Source of the DNA: an uncultured Planctomycetia bacterium | GTDB taxonomy: Bacteria; Omnitrophota; Gorgyraeia; Duberdicusellales; 4484-171 | Direction of reading: 5' to 3' | DNA length: 64,000 bases | Assembly (NCBI GenBank): GCA_964629655.1 | Contig: CAZVQU010000002.1 | Location: 226,814-290,813, forward strand | Shown: positions 42,001 to 52,188 of the stretch, piece by piece | How positions within the stretch are numbered: position 1 is the first letter of the stretch | How the letters are laid out: every line of letters begins with the position of its first letter | Made by a program: the position numbers and the translations under genes | The notes under the pieces: generated by a model | What the model saw: the letters and a program-made list of their open reading frames with translations, nothing else | What the model was told of the DNA's origin: nothing | Database searches by the model: none

Positions 42001-42471
42001 ACGTTTACCTGTGGGGTGGGATTCCTCCTCAAAGAATACGCCAGGCGAACGCTGCAGCTGACTGATTATAGCTCTCTCATCACCATTAATAATAAAAGAG
42101 GCTGTATCGGTCATAAGGGGAATATCCCCTAGGTAAATTTCCTGCTCTTTTACTTCAAGCGAAGGATCAGACAACCTTAAACGCACCCTTAGGGGGGCAG
42201 CATAAGTCTGCGACCTTCTCTTGCATTCATCTACGCTATAGCGCGGGCGGCTCAAACCGTAAGAGACGAACTCTAAGCGATATTGCTTATCCGGACTCTC
42301 CATAGGGAAAATCTCCCGCAAAACTTCCTGCAAGCCTATATTCTTTCTCTTCTCCGGTAAAACATCGACTTGCAAAAACTCTCTATACGAGCGCAATTGA
42401 TGTTCAAGAAGATGAGGCATGGCAAAGCTCTTCTTAATCTTAGCAAAAGATAGCTTTTTGGCTTTTTTCAA
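39055..42471 (-). CDS. rpoB: DNA-directed RNA polymerase subunit beta
   Basis: 1138 aa, conserved beta-subunit regions. Apparent TTG start preceded by GGAGGA. Confidence 0.95.
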   Translation of the reverse strand: MKKAKKLSFAKIKKSFAMPHLLEHQLRSYREFLQVDVLPEKRKNIGLQEVLREIFPMESPDKQYRLEFVSYGLSRPRYSVDECKRRSQTYAAPLRVRLRLSDPSLEVKEQEIYLGDIPLMTDTASFIINGDERAIISQLQRSPGVFFEEESHPTGKRIYFARIIPYRGYWLEFRTDINDTITAIIDRRKTFPATQILRILGLSTNDNIYSHFSDKPYPELVNTVKKDSTTTKEGAYLDFYKKMRPTEPITLEAAKEVFRRMFLDPRRYDLGRVGRYLLNKKLGTDFNLSKRTLDLTTVIEIIKTLLTVKAGKRDIDDIDHLSNRRVKLIGELLQHQVRVGLLRVERTFLDRYSLISSNDFAIQHLINSRAFSTQIQDFFARSPLSQFMDQTNPLAEMTHKRRLSAMGPGGLSRERAGFEVRDVHPTHYGKICPIETPEGANIGLLASLTTYARINPLGFLTTPYRKVENGVVNEKTEFLMGDEEENSVISQVTANIDTDGKIKDKEIYARHLGKFPKIKPKNIEYMDVSPQQIISVSASLIPFLEHDDANRALMGSNMQRQAVPLMFPQQPLVGTGVEEKVARDSGVMVIANESGKVNEVDASSIRVGNFTYKLKKFCRSNADTCTNQKPLVKKGDELKRNTIIADGMATEDGNLSLGTNLLVAFLPWRGYNFEDAIIINERLLKEDTLTSLHIEKFECESRETRLGNEEVTRDIPNVSEEALSNLDDSGIIRIGAEVMPDDILVGRVTPKTEKELSPEERLLRAIFGEKAADVKDTSLRVPPGIYGVVTNVEVFQRKDRGRRSKKEKTEELRRIKEIETYYDEEKELLEREKGRRLGICLGKADNKVTSSDCEENEEAKAILDIYDGRLIELSIEKELEIAKIKKGDELPAGVLKRVVVFVAMKRKISAGDKLSGRHGNKGVISKILPEEDMPYLDDGTPIDILLNPLGVPSRMNVGQLLEMHLGWAAKRLGLRIASPVFDGAKEEDVRGLLTEAGLPEDGKVTLFDGYTGKPFAQKAGVGYVYIMKLVHMVDDKIHARAIGPYSLITQQPLGGKAQFGGQRFGEMEVWALEAYGAAFTLQEMLTVKSDDVEGRTRIYEAIVRGEQKFHPSVPESFNVLIKELQGLCLDIRAEKESK

Positions 42472-42534
42472 GTTATCCTCCTATAATGGGCACATCGCTT
42501 ATGGAACTAAGTACGCATAAGTGATCGGTGCGAA

Positions 42535-42912
42535 TTATTTCAACTCTACGGTAGCCCCAGTAGCTTCTATTTTCTTCTTGATCTCTTCAGCTTCTTCCTT
42601 GGTAACATTCTCTCTAATCGCCTTAGGTGCAGAATCAACTAAGTCTTTTGCTTCCTTTAAGCCTAATTCAGTAATTGCTCTAATCTCTTTAATAACCGCT
42701 ATTTTGTTGGAACCGACGCCAGTTAAAGTTACAGTAAAAGAAGTTTTCTCTTCTTCCTCTTCTGCGGCGGCTCCGCCTCCAGCTGCAGCTACAGCAACTG
42801 CAGGAGCAGCAGCGGTTACTCCGAACTTATCTTCACAAGCCTTTACTAGCTCGGAGAGCTCTAGAACGGTCATTTCCTCCACCACCTTCATAATGTCATC
42901 AACCTTAGACAT
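42535..42912 (-). CDS. rplL: 50S ribosomal protein L7/L12
   Basis: Ala-rich hinge and conserved CTD. 125 aa. Confidence 0.9.
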   Translation of the reverse strand: MSKVDDIMKVVEEMTVLELSELVKACEDKFGVTAAAPAVAVAAAGGGAAAEEEEEKTSFTVTLTGVGSNKIAVIKEIRAITELGLKEAKDLVDSAPKAIRENVTKEEAEEIKKKIEATGATVELK

Positions 42913-42922
42913 AGCTACCTCC

Positions 42923-43474
42923 TTATCCTTTTTTCTGCTCTTTAGCTTTTTTTATTTCTTCAATAACCCAAACAAACTTTAAAATGATCTGATTCAACGT
43001 ATTAAGAAAACCACACAAAGGTGAAGCAAAAGAAGATACTACCATGCCAATAAGCACTTCCCGGGAAGGAAGTTTTGCTAAAGCACCTAATTCTTTAGAG
43101 CTAACCCTTTTATCTTTAATGACTCCGCCCTTTAGCTGTAAGGCTTCGGCCTCTTTGGCGAATTCAACAAGGATTTTGCAAGCTTCAACTACACCATCCT
43201 CTTTTGTAATAACAACGCCTGTTTCTGCTTCCAGCAAACTATTTACATCTTCCCAGCCTAATTCATCCAACGCTTTCCTAAATAAAGAATTCTTAGCTAC
43301 AAAAACTCTAGCACCGGAGTCACGAAGATTGTTGCGTAGTCCATTAATCGGAAAGGCTCCAACCTTATTAAAGCCAACGAAAAAACACCCTTCGGTGCTT
43401 TTAACTCCCTGCTTTAGGCCTTCAACAATTCTTTCGCGTGTCAATAAGCCTATTTTTTTTGTTTCTTTAGCCAT
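42923..43474 (-). CDS. rplJ: 50S ribosomal protein L10
   Basis: 183 aa, conserved position and sequence. Confidence 0.9.
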   Translation of the reverse strand: MAKETKKIGLLTRERIVEGLKQGVKSTEGCFFVGFNKVGAFPINGLRNNLRDSGARVFVAKNSLFRKALDELGWEDVNSLLEAETGVVITKEDGVVEACKILVEFAKEAEALQLKGGVIKDKRVSSKELGALAKLPSREVLIGMVVSSFASPLCGFLNTLNQIILKFVWVIEEIKKAKEQKKG

Positions 43475-43505
43475 AGTTTCCTACCCAATATGATGGTCTG
43501 TTGAC

Positions 43506-44186
43506 CTATAGATTAAACTTTACTGCCGGCCCCATGGTCGCTGATAAATAAAGGCTTCCTATGAAATCACCTTTAACAGCTGAAGGTTTCGCAGATGCAA
43601 GAGCCCCAACAAAAGCCTTAACATTCTCTGATAAGTCTTGAGAGCTAAATGATAGCTTACCTACACCAACATGGATGCAGCCAAGCTTATCCATACGAAA
43701 ATCGATCTTTCCTCTCTTCGCCTCTGAAATTGCATGAGTTATATTCTCGGTTACTGTCCCGGTTTTAGGAGAAGGCATCAGCCCCCTCGGACCTAAGAAT
43801 TTTCCTAATTTACTTACCGAACGCATCATTGAAGGTGTAGATATACAACAATCAAAATCAGTCCACCCTTCCTTAAGAATCTTATCAATAGTCTCCCCAG
43901 AACCAATATAGTCAGCTCCGGATTCCTTGGCATCTTTTTCCTTTTCAGGCTCACAAAAAACTAAAACTTTAGTCTGCTTACCGGTACCATGAGGCAATAC
44001 CACAGAACCTCTAACCATCTGATCAGATTGTTTAGGATCTGCGCCAAGTTTGCAGCTAATCTCTACCATCTCGTCGAACTTAGGCTTAGGCATAGATTTT
44101 AAAAGATCGACCGCCTCTCCCAAAGGATAAGCCTTATTCTCCTCGACCATTTTTTTAGCTTCCAGATATCTCTTACTATGTGCCAT
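43506..44186 (-). CDS. rplA: 50S ribosomal protein L1
   Basis: 226 aa, conserved. Confidence 0.9.
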   Translation of the reverse strand: MAHSKRYLEAKKMVEENKAYPLGEAVDLLKSMPKPKFDEMVEISCKLGADPKQSDQMVRGSVVLPHGTGKQTKVLVFCEPEKEKDAKESGADYIGSGETIDKILKEGWTDFDCCISTPSMMRSVSKLGKFLGPRGLMPSPKTGTVTENITHAISEAKRGKIDFRMDKLGCIHVGVGKLSFSSQDLSENVKAFVGALASAKPSAVKGDFIGSLYLSATMGPAVKFNL

Positions 44187-44196
44187 AAGTTTTCCC

Positions 44197-44637
44197 CTAA
44201 CCTTGGACTACTTTTAACCCGCAACTCCTAGCTGTACCCTCAACTATTCTAGCCGCAGCTTCTAAATCCCTGGTATTTAAATCCTGCATCTTCTCTTTAG
44301 CTATTTGCATAACTGCACTTTTAGTCACCTCACCAATAATTTCCTTGCCAGGCAAAGAGCTGGCTTTAGCCAAATTAGCTGCTCTCTTCAACAAAAAAGA
44401 AACCGGCGGGCTCTTAACAATAAAATCAAAAGAACGGTCTTCGTAAACACTAATTATAACCGGTAGTATTATTCCCTCTTTTTGTTTTGTGCTATCGTTG
44501 AAAGCCTTACAAAACTGCATGATATTTACCCCGTGCTGTCCTAATGCCGGACCAACCGGTGGTGCTGGATTTGCTGCTCCAGCAGGAATCTGTAACTTTA
44601 TCTGGCTTACTGGTTTTTTCTTTTTCTTCTTAGCCAT
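44197..44637 (-). CDS. rplK: 50S ribosomal protein L11
   Basis: [30 protein letters not shown]. Confidence 0.95.
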   Translation of the reverse strand: MAKKKKKKPVSQIKLQIPAGAANPAPPVGPALGQHGVNIMQFCKAFNDSTKQKEGIILPVIISVYEDRSFDFIVKSPPVSFLLKRAANLAKASSLPGKEIIGEVTKSAVMQIAKEKMQDLNTRDLEAAARIVEGTARSCGLKVVQG

Positions 44638-44644
44638 AGTTTAT

Positions 44645-45172
44645 TTAGATTTTTTCTACCTGCCAAAATTCAAGTTCAACCGGAGTGGTCCTTCCAAAAA
44701 TTGAGACATTTACCTTCACCTTACCCTTCTCAGGATGAATGCCCTCAACCACACCGTTAAAATTAATAAAAGGCCCTTCGACTACACGAATGCTTTCACC
44801 CTTCTCGAAGCTCACCTTTGGTGCAGGTTTAGCTTTACTCTCTTCAGCCTTCACTAAAATTCTATCTACCTCTTCCTGAGATATCGGAGAAGGTTTTCTC
44901 CGCGGACCAATAAAAGCGGTAATGCCCGGAGTGTTGCGTACAAAAAGCCAGGTATCGTCATTCATCTCCATGTGTATAAGGATATATCCCGGAAAAAACT
45001 TCCGCTCAAGAACCTTTTTCTTTCCTAGCTTTACCTCAGTGATCTGTTCTTTAGGGATAACAACCTCATCTATCGACTCAGTAAAACTGCTAGTGTCTAT
45101 CCTTGCCTTAAGATTTGCTTTCGCTTTATCTTCGGCTCCGCTTAAAGTGTGCAAAATATACCACTTCTTCAT
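44645..45172 (-). CDS. nusG: Transcription termination/antitermination factor NusG
   Basis: MKKWYILHTLSGAEDKA NGN domain plus C-terminal KOW. 175 aa. Confidence 0.9.
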   Translation of the reverse strand: MKKWYILHTLSGAEDKAKANLKARIDTSSFTESIDEVVIPKEQITEVKLGKKKVLERKFFPGYILIHMEMNDDTWLFVRNTPGITAFIGPRRKPSPISQEEVDRILVKAEESKAKPAPKVSFEKGESIRVVEGPFINFNGVVEGIHPEKGKVKVNVSIFGRTTPVELEFWQVEKI

Positions 45173-45199
45173 TGTCTAATCATAATATTTTAAGGGTAA

Positions 45200-45394
45200 C
45201 TATTTCAATAGGATTTGAACTAATCTCGATAAACCTAAATCCACGAAGGCGATATAGGCGGTTAGAAGACTGGTAACAATCACCACAATGGTTGCTGCGG
45301 CCATTAGTTCCTGACGCGAAGACCAGCTTACCTTCTTTAGTTCTTCTCTTACCTCTTTTAAAAATCCCGGAAGTCCCTTTATTTTTTTGATCAT
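45200..45394 (-). CDS. secE: Preprotein translocase subunit SecE
   Basis: 64 aa, single C-terminal TM helix, located between tRNA-Trp and nusG. Confidence 0.8.
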   Translation of the reverse strand: MIKKIKGLPGFLKEVREELKKVSWSSRQELMAAATIVVIVTSLLTAYIAFVDLGLSRLVQILLK

Positions 45395-45427
45395 CCTTCT
45401 ATAGCGATCCCTTTCCTATCTTTCAGC

Positions 45428-45500
45428 AGGCGAGGCAGGAATTGAACCTGCAGCCCCCGGTTTTGGAGACCGGTGCTCTGCCAGTTGAGCCACTCGCCTA
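45428..45500 (-). tRNA. tRNA-Trp (anticodon CCA)
   Basis: Hand-folded cloverleaf AGGCGAG-TG-GCTCAACTGGCAGAGC-A-CCGGT-CTCCAAA-ACCGG-GGGCT-GCAGG-TTCAATT-CCTGC-CTCGCCT-G. Confidence 0.85.
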
Positions 45501-45573
45501 ATTTAGCGATTGGTTTCTACACTTAATTAGTCTTGGATAGACTAAATCGTCTTTAAATAACAAAGAACTAATC

Positions 45574-45726
45574 TATGGCTTTGCTTCCTTGTGCTCGATA
45601 TATTTACGCTCCCAAGGACAAAACTTCTTTATCGACATCTTTTCGGGATGCTTTCTCTTATTCTTGGTGGTGTAATAATTCTTTCTTTTACAAATTGTGC
45701 ACGATAACGCAATTAACTCTCTCATA
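45574..45726 (-). CDS. rpmG: 50S ribosomal protein L33 (50 aa, absent from ORF track)
   Basis: Hand translation gives MRELIALSCTICKRKNYYTTKNKRKHPEKMSIKKFCPWERKYIEHKEAKP. Only three of the four usual zinc-ligand Cys are present. Confidence 0.8.
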
Positions 45727-45859
45727 ATGACTTACACTGCTAAAAGTGGGAAAAGGCTTGCACAACCCCCACCCCACTTTTGTGGTTTTTAACTAATCTT
45801 ACCCTATTTTTTTTAGCCCACGACCGAAGTCACTAGGCAACTCACTCACCATTTTTCAA

Positions 45860-45932
45860 GCCTGGAATGGGAATTGAACCCATGACCTCGTCCTTACCAA
45901 GGACGTACTCTACCGACTGAGCTATCCAGGCA
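45860..45932 (-). tRNA. tRNA-Thr (anticodon GGU)
   Basis: Cloverleaf GCCTGGA-TA-GCTC-AGTCGGTA-GAGT-A-CGTCC-TTGGTAA-GGACG-AGGTC-ATGGG-TTCAATT-CCCAT-TCCAGGC-T. Confidence 0.85.
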
Positions 45933-45937
45933 AAAAT

Positions 45938-45975
45938 GGCGGGACGCTCTACCGACCGAGCTACCGTGGACAATT
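45938..45975 (-). other. tRNA 5'-half remnant (acceptor arm plus D-arm only) abutting the 5' end of tRNA-Thr
   Basis: Minus strand reads TCCACGG-TA-GCTC-GGTCGGTA-GAGC-G-TCCCGCC. No complementary 3' acceptor strand or T-arm follows before tRNA-Thr begins. Confidence 0.35.
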
Positions 45976-46011
45976 TTTCCTTTAAAATCAAGGAAAAAAC
46001 ATACCTTAAGA

Positions 46012-46039
46012 TAATACTATAAAAGATATTTTTGTCAAG
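46012..46039 (-). promoter_or_regulatory. Near-consensus sigma-70 promoter (TTGACA-16-TATTAT) with an upstream A/T-tract UP-like element; likely start of the 30-kb ribosomal/RNAP super-operon
   Basis: Minus strand reads cTTGACAaaaatatcttttatagTATTATcttaagg. It sits upstream of the tRNA-Thr cluster, just downstream of the ligA stop. Confidence 0.55.
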
Positions 46040-46040
46040 A

Positions 46041-46074
46041 AAAAAATAAAAAAAATAAAAAAAATAAAAAAATT
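46041..46074. repeat. Simple tandem repeat (A7-8 T) x4
   Basis: aaaaaaataaaaaaaataaaaaaaataaaaaaatt, lying immediately upstream of the -35 element on the transcribed strand. Confidence 0.7.
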
Positions 46075-46102
46075 GAGAAAAATGGTGAAAAAGGTAGGAA
46101 AC

Positions 46103-48375
<2,273 letters not shown>

Positions 48376-48390
48376 ATTTGATATCCGCTC

Positions 48391-49329
48391 TCATTTATTG
48401 GAAAAGAAAGATTCATTGCTCTTAAGTCGATGCCCGCAGACAAAAGACCAAGCATCCATTTCGCTCTTTCCTTGAGGTTTTAGCCTCTTAATTTTTAAAA
48501 CCCTTTTCCCGGTAGCAACATAAATTCCTTCTTTGTCTATATTAACAATTACCCCTGGAGAATTATTTGCCTCCTGATCGATTACATCAACTGCTAATAT
48601 TTTAATCATCATTCCTTGATAAAAGGTATAAGCCGAAGGCCAACCTAATGTTGCCCTGATTAAATTTCTTATATCATCAGCACTGTTTTCCCAAGATATT
48701 CTACCATCTTCCTTTTTAAGCTTAGAAGTCAAAGTTGCCAACTTATCATCCTGAGGGCTTAAGGAATAATTCTTACCCTCTATTCTCCTTATAGCCTCAA
48801 TCAATAATGCTGCACCTTCTTTTGCTAGTTTATCGCTCAAAGAAAAGAAATCATCATCATAATTAACAATCACGGTTTTCTGCAAGATTATATCTCCGGA
48901 ATCAACCTTCTCATTCATTTTAAAAATAGTAACCCCGCTCTTCCTATCGCCATTAATTACGGTCTCCTCTATCGGCGCCGAACCTCGATAGCGAGGAAGC
49001 AACGAAGGATGAATACAGAGAGCAAAACTTAAGGGCAAAGCTAATAAATCTTTAGGGATAATTTCCCCATAGTCAGCAACAATAAAAAAATCTGCCTTTT
49101 CTTTACTCAAAATTCCTTTAACCTCGCCCTTCTTTAAAGATGAAGGCTTAATAAAAGGAATCTTCTTGTCTTTAGCAAGCTGGCTGACCTCAGTCGGTGA
49201 TAACCTCAAACCCCGTCCTTTAGGTTTATCAGGCTTACTAACCACAAGAACCGGCTTATACCCGTTAAGACAAAGCTCCCCTAAAGCTACTTTGGAAAAC
49301 TGAGAACTACCAAAATAAATAAATCTCAT
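48391..49329 (-). CDS. fmt: Methionyl-tRNA formyltransferase
   Basis: MRFIYFGSSQFS...VVSKPDKPKGRG. N-terminal formyltransferase domain plus C-terminal domain. 312 aa. Confidence 0.9.
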   Translation of the reverse strand: MRFIYFGSSQFSKVALGELCLNGYKPVLVVSKPDKPKGRGLRLSPTEVSQLAKDKKIPFIKPSSLKKGEVKGILSKEKADFFIVADYGEIIPKDLLALPLSFALCIHPSLLPRYRGSAPIEETVINGDRKSGVTIFKMNEKVDSGDIILQKTVIVNYDDDFFSLSDKLAKEGAALLIEAIRRIEGKNYSLSPQDDKLATLTSKLKKEDGRISWENSADDIRNLIRATLGWPSAYTFYQGMMIKILAVDVIDQEANNSPGVIVNIDKEGIYVATGKRVLKIKRLKPQGKSEMDAWSFVCGHRLKSNESFFSNK

Positions 49330-51137
49330 CGTAAACTCACTGCCATTTGTATCGAAGAAGTACGAAAACCTTTAGTTTCATCTTTAATCATCCCTCGGGA
49401 TTGAGGAGTCTGTTCAGCTTTAATTATAATCGAATAACGGAATTTGTCCCTTAGCTTAAAAGGTTTCTCCTCAAAGGGGCCATAAGCCTCTTCATGCCTC
49501 TTCTCTAATCTATTATATAAATCCTTTATTCTTTTTAAAAGGGCTTTTTTATTCTTTGCCCTTAGGGTAATTTTAGCAATAAGCCCAAAAGGCGGAAGTT
49601 GTGATTTGCTTCTAAATCGAAGCTCTGATTCATAAAACTCTCTCCAATTCTCATTTAAGTGTTTAAAAAGGTAATAGTCCTTATGCCGGGTAAATACGTA
49701 AAGGGAACCCCTCAACAAAAGAAGAAGCTTTTTAAGGTAAAGAAAAGCATTGAAGGTTGTCTCGTAATCTATATGATTCAGAAAAAGGTCAGCATCAAGC
49801 ACAAAACCTCTGTCGAACCTCTGAGGCGCGTAAAGATAGCTTAAGATTTTAGACGTTGAAAGAACTATCTGGGCATCACTGCAAGCTTCAGAGAAGTTAT
49901 TGATCCTGGCTTCGGGAAATACCCTCCTTAATGTGCTTTCTATTCTCTGGATGCCATAACCTTTACTTTTCAAATAACCGTTATTACACTGGCTACAAAC
50001 TTTAGGTAGAAAGTAATTCTTTTGGCAGTAAGGACATATTCCCTCTTCGCTTTTTAAGGAAGACTGCAAAAAGCTTGAGCAATGTTCGCATTTAAATATA
50101 TGTCCGCAATTAGAACAAGAAATGACTCGGGCAAACCCTTTTCGATTCCAAAGGATAACTGCCTTCTTGTTATCTTGGATGGCCTTTTTCAGGAGCTCAG
50201 TTAAAACCGGGCCGATAACCTTATTTCTGCTAAATTCCGATAAATTAACCACCTTTATGTTCCTGCACGGCCCTCCTTTATCTATTAGCTTAATCTTTTC
50301 ATCCTTTATATGCTTATAGGTCGCTAATGAAGGATAATCACTACTTAAGATCAATTCCACCCCTTTTAGCGCAGACAAACTATGGGCGACATCTAAAAGA
50401 TTGTGGTAGGGCTTCTCCTCTTGAAAGTAATAGGGACTATTTTCCTCCTCGACTATAATTAATTCTAAATCAGAAGGGTAGTAAAAAATAGATACTCGCG
50501 TTCCCAGAATTAAAGATTTCTCCCTTGAAGCTTGCCAATTAGAAAAAAACTCTTTTTCCTTTTCCTGACTGTGGATTACTTTAACCTGATCAGGAAAATC
50601 CTCCTTAATAATATCTCTTGCCGATTCAAGATAGGTAAGCTGAGGGAAACAAATCAATACCGACCCTTTTTTTAGCTTCTCCCTTATGGTATTTTTCCAC
50701 AGCTGATATCTCTCCAAAAAACTATCAGCTTTAAAAAAACTAGGACTGCCCCGATCTTTGGCTTTTTTAGCATTAAAAAGTGAGTTATCCATTTTCTGAA
50801 GGGGATCTTTTTTGAATTTTTTTGGTTTCCTAAGATAAGGTGGAATCATCATGAATGAAAATTCACCTTGAGAATAGGGGTAAAAGTCACTTAGCTGTTT
50901 GGCAAAATTCAAGCGTTCAGCATCCAGCAAGGCTTCGGAATCAAGAACATCAATGATTGATTTTAGCTTAGATATGTTTGACTTACTCGCAGTAGCTACA
51001 ACAATACCTACTCTCTTCTTGTGGTTAAAATCTACTAAAACCCTCATCCCTCTCCTTACCTCTAAATTAGAAGGATAAGAGTAGTCAAACTCCCTGTCTA
51101 AAGATATTGACACCACCACCTTTGCTACTCTAAACAT
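49326..51137 (-). CDS. priA: Primosomal protein N' (PriA) homologue with degenerate helicase motifs
   Basis: PriA N-terminal 3'-DNA-binding domain (FDYSYP...VGIVV), PriA-type Cys-rich zinc region (CSNCGHIFKCEHC...CPYCQ...CSQC), overall collinearity with PriA. Walker A position reads KKGSVLICFPQLT and Walker B reads IIVEEEN. Confidence 0.7.
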   Translation of the reverse strand: MFRVAKVVVSISLDREFDYSYPSNLEVRRGMRVLVDFNHKKRVGIVVATASKSNISKLKSIIDVLDSEALLDAERLNFAKQLSDFYPYSQGEFSFMMIPPYLRKPKKFKKDPLQKMDNSLFNAKKAKDRGSPSFFKADSFLERYQLWKNTIREKLKKGSVLICFPQLTYLESARDIIKEDFPDQVKVIHSQEKEKEFFSNWQASREKSLILGTRVSIFYYPSDLELIIVEEENSPYYFQEEKPYHNLLDVAHSLSALKGVELILSSDYPSLATYKHIKDEKIKLIDKGGPCRNIKVVNLSEFSRNKVIGPVLTELLKKAIQDNKKAVILWNRKGFARVISCSNCGHIFKCEHCSSFLQSSLKSEEGICPYCQKNYFLPKVCSQCNNGYLKSKGYGIQRIESTLRRVFPEARINNFSEACSDAQIVLSTSKILSYLYAPQRFDRGFVLDADLFLNHIDYETTFNAFLYLKKLLLLLRGSLYVFTRHKDYYLFKHLNENWREFYESELRFRSKSQLPPFGLIAKITLRAKNKKALLKRIKDLYNRLEKRHEEAYGPFEEKPFKLRDKFRYSIIIKAEQTPQSRGMIKDETKGFRTSSIQMAVSLR

Positions 51138-52188
51138 CGCTCCACTTCTCTATTAAGCTAGCCAAAGGTTTACGTATGTCCTTAATCTCTATGGGGTAAT
51201 TATCCCTTAACTTACTGCCGCTCTGATTAAAGTAGTAAATTGCCTTAGTCAACTGCTGGCCCCCTCGGGCAAACTTAGCTACACCTTGTTTAATCAATAG
51301 CTTCATATTCCCTTTCTCCTGGCCAGGAATATAGTGGGTAAAGACAAAAGGCTTCTTCTTGTAAAGACCTTCAAAGATAGTCATCCCTCCAGGCTTAGAA
51401 ATAATCAGTGAGCTCACGCAGATTAGCTCCCAAATTTCATCGTAAAAAGAGAAAAACCGAATATTAGGAGAGTTTAACCTCTCCAGACGCTTTTTTAACT
51501 TTATGTTTCTACCGTAAATAAGAAAGATATTAAAACTTTCAAGGAGTGTCCGAATGGACTTCTCTAAATAGGGAAATCTTCCGCGTGAAGATGAAACAAA
51601 GATTAGTGAAGGCCTCATGTCTAAACAAAACTTTTTCCGTAAAGACTCTTGAGGTATGTCTTTTAAGAATCCTTCCCTCAAGGGAACAAAACCGGCAGTA
51701 ACCTTATCTTTCCTAACTCCGAGATTAATTAAATCCTGCTTTGTTACATCTAAAGCTGCAAAATAATGGTCAACGCATCCAGCAACCCACAAGGGATGAA
51801 CCCGTAAATCAGTAATAACCGAAATAACTTTGAAATTTATCTTTTTCTTTATCAATGATATCAAGTTGGAAGGAAAAAAATGGGTGACAATTATAATTTT
51901 CGGACGCCTCTTTTTTATGTATTTAAAAAACGACGAGAATATTAAGCGGTTGATCTTATCCACGCAAGAAGAAAAAAGCTTTATCTTGGCAAAGAAAAAT
52001 AAAATCCGCCAAAGAAAAGGACAGTATTGGGTTATGATTAAATAACCTAGGGAGTAAATCTTTCTCACCAAAGGATTCGTAAAATTTAAAAGATCGCAGA
52101 TTGAAGCATCTGGCAAGTATTTTAGAGCTTCGGCCCCTTTCTTATGTCCTTCTCCAAAACTGGCATAAACAATTACAATCTCAGCCAT
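51130..52188 (-). CDS. GT28-family glycosyltransferase (MGDG synthase/UgtP-like diacylglycerol glycosyltransferase)
   Basis: N-terminus IVIVYASFGEGHKKGAEAL resembles the MGDG-synthase motif. 352 aa. Adjacent to gmhB. Confidence 0.55.
   Translation of the reverse strand: MAEIVIVYASFGEGHKKGAEALKYLPDASICDLLNFTNPLVRKIYSLGYLIITQYCPFLWRILFFFAKIKLFSSCVDKINRLIFSSFFKYIKKRRPKIIIVTHFFPSNLISLIKKKINFKVISVITDLRVHPLWVAGCVDHYFAALDVTKQDLINLGVRKDKVTAGFVPLREGFLKDIPQESLRKKFCLDMRPSLIFVSSSRGRFPYLEKSIRTLLESFNIFLIYGRNIKLKKRLERLNSPNIRFFSFYDEIWELICVSSLIISKPGGMTIFEGLYKKKPFVFTHYIPGQEKGNMKLLIKQGVAKFARGGQQLTKAIYYFNQSGSKLRDNYPIEIKDIRKPLASLIEKWSDV

Noticed and set aside
42472-42534. rplL-rpoB intergenic hairpin (cttatg...cataag) as an attenuator
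   Set aside because: Only a 6-bp stem with a 12-nt loop and no following U-run. The gap is 63 nt, far shorter than the E. coli rplL-rpoB attenuator region.
42521-42982. 153-aa plus-strand ORF with an Ala/Pro-rich stretch
   Set aside because: Antisense to rplL; the low-complexity stretch is the complement of the L7/L12 Ala-rich hinge. The same reasoning applies to the other long plus-strand ORFs at 16025..16486, 16834..17304, 43044..43493, 46713..47159 and 25007..25432, all of which are antisense to highly conserved genes.
45727-45859. 133-nt spacer between rpmG and tRNA-Thr with a G-rich tract (ggggtgggggttgtg) and short palindromes, considered as an extra tRNA or ncRNA
   Set aside because: No cloverleaf can be drawn and the stems are 6 bp or shorter and imperfect. 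The only in-frame ORF is 17 aa. The G-tract is unusual in an AT-rich genome, but this is insufficient evidence.
46041-46074. (A7-8T)x4 tandem repeat considered as a CRISPR or minisatellite
   Set aside because: Only about 34 nt, with no spacers and no repeat-spacer periodicity. It sits exactly where an UP element would be and is better explained as a promoter A-tract.
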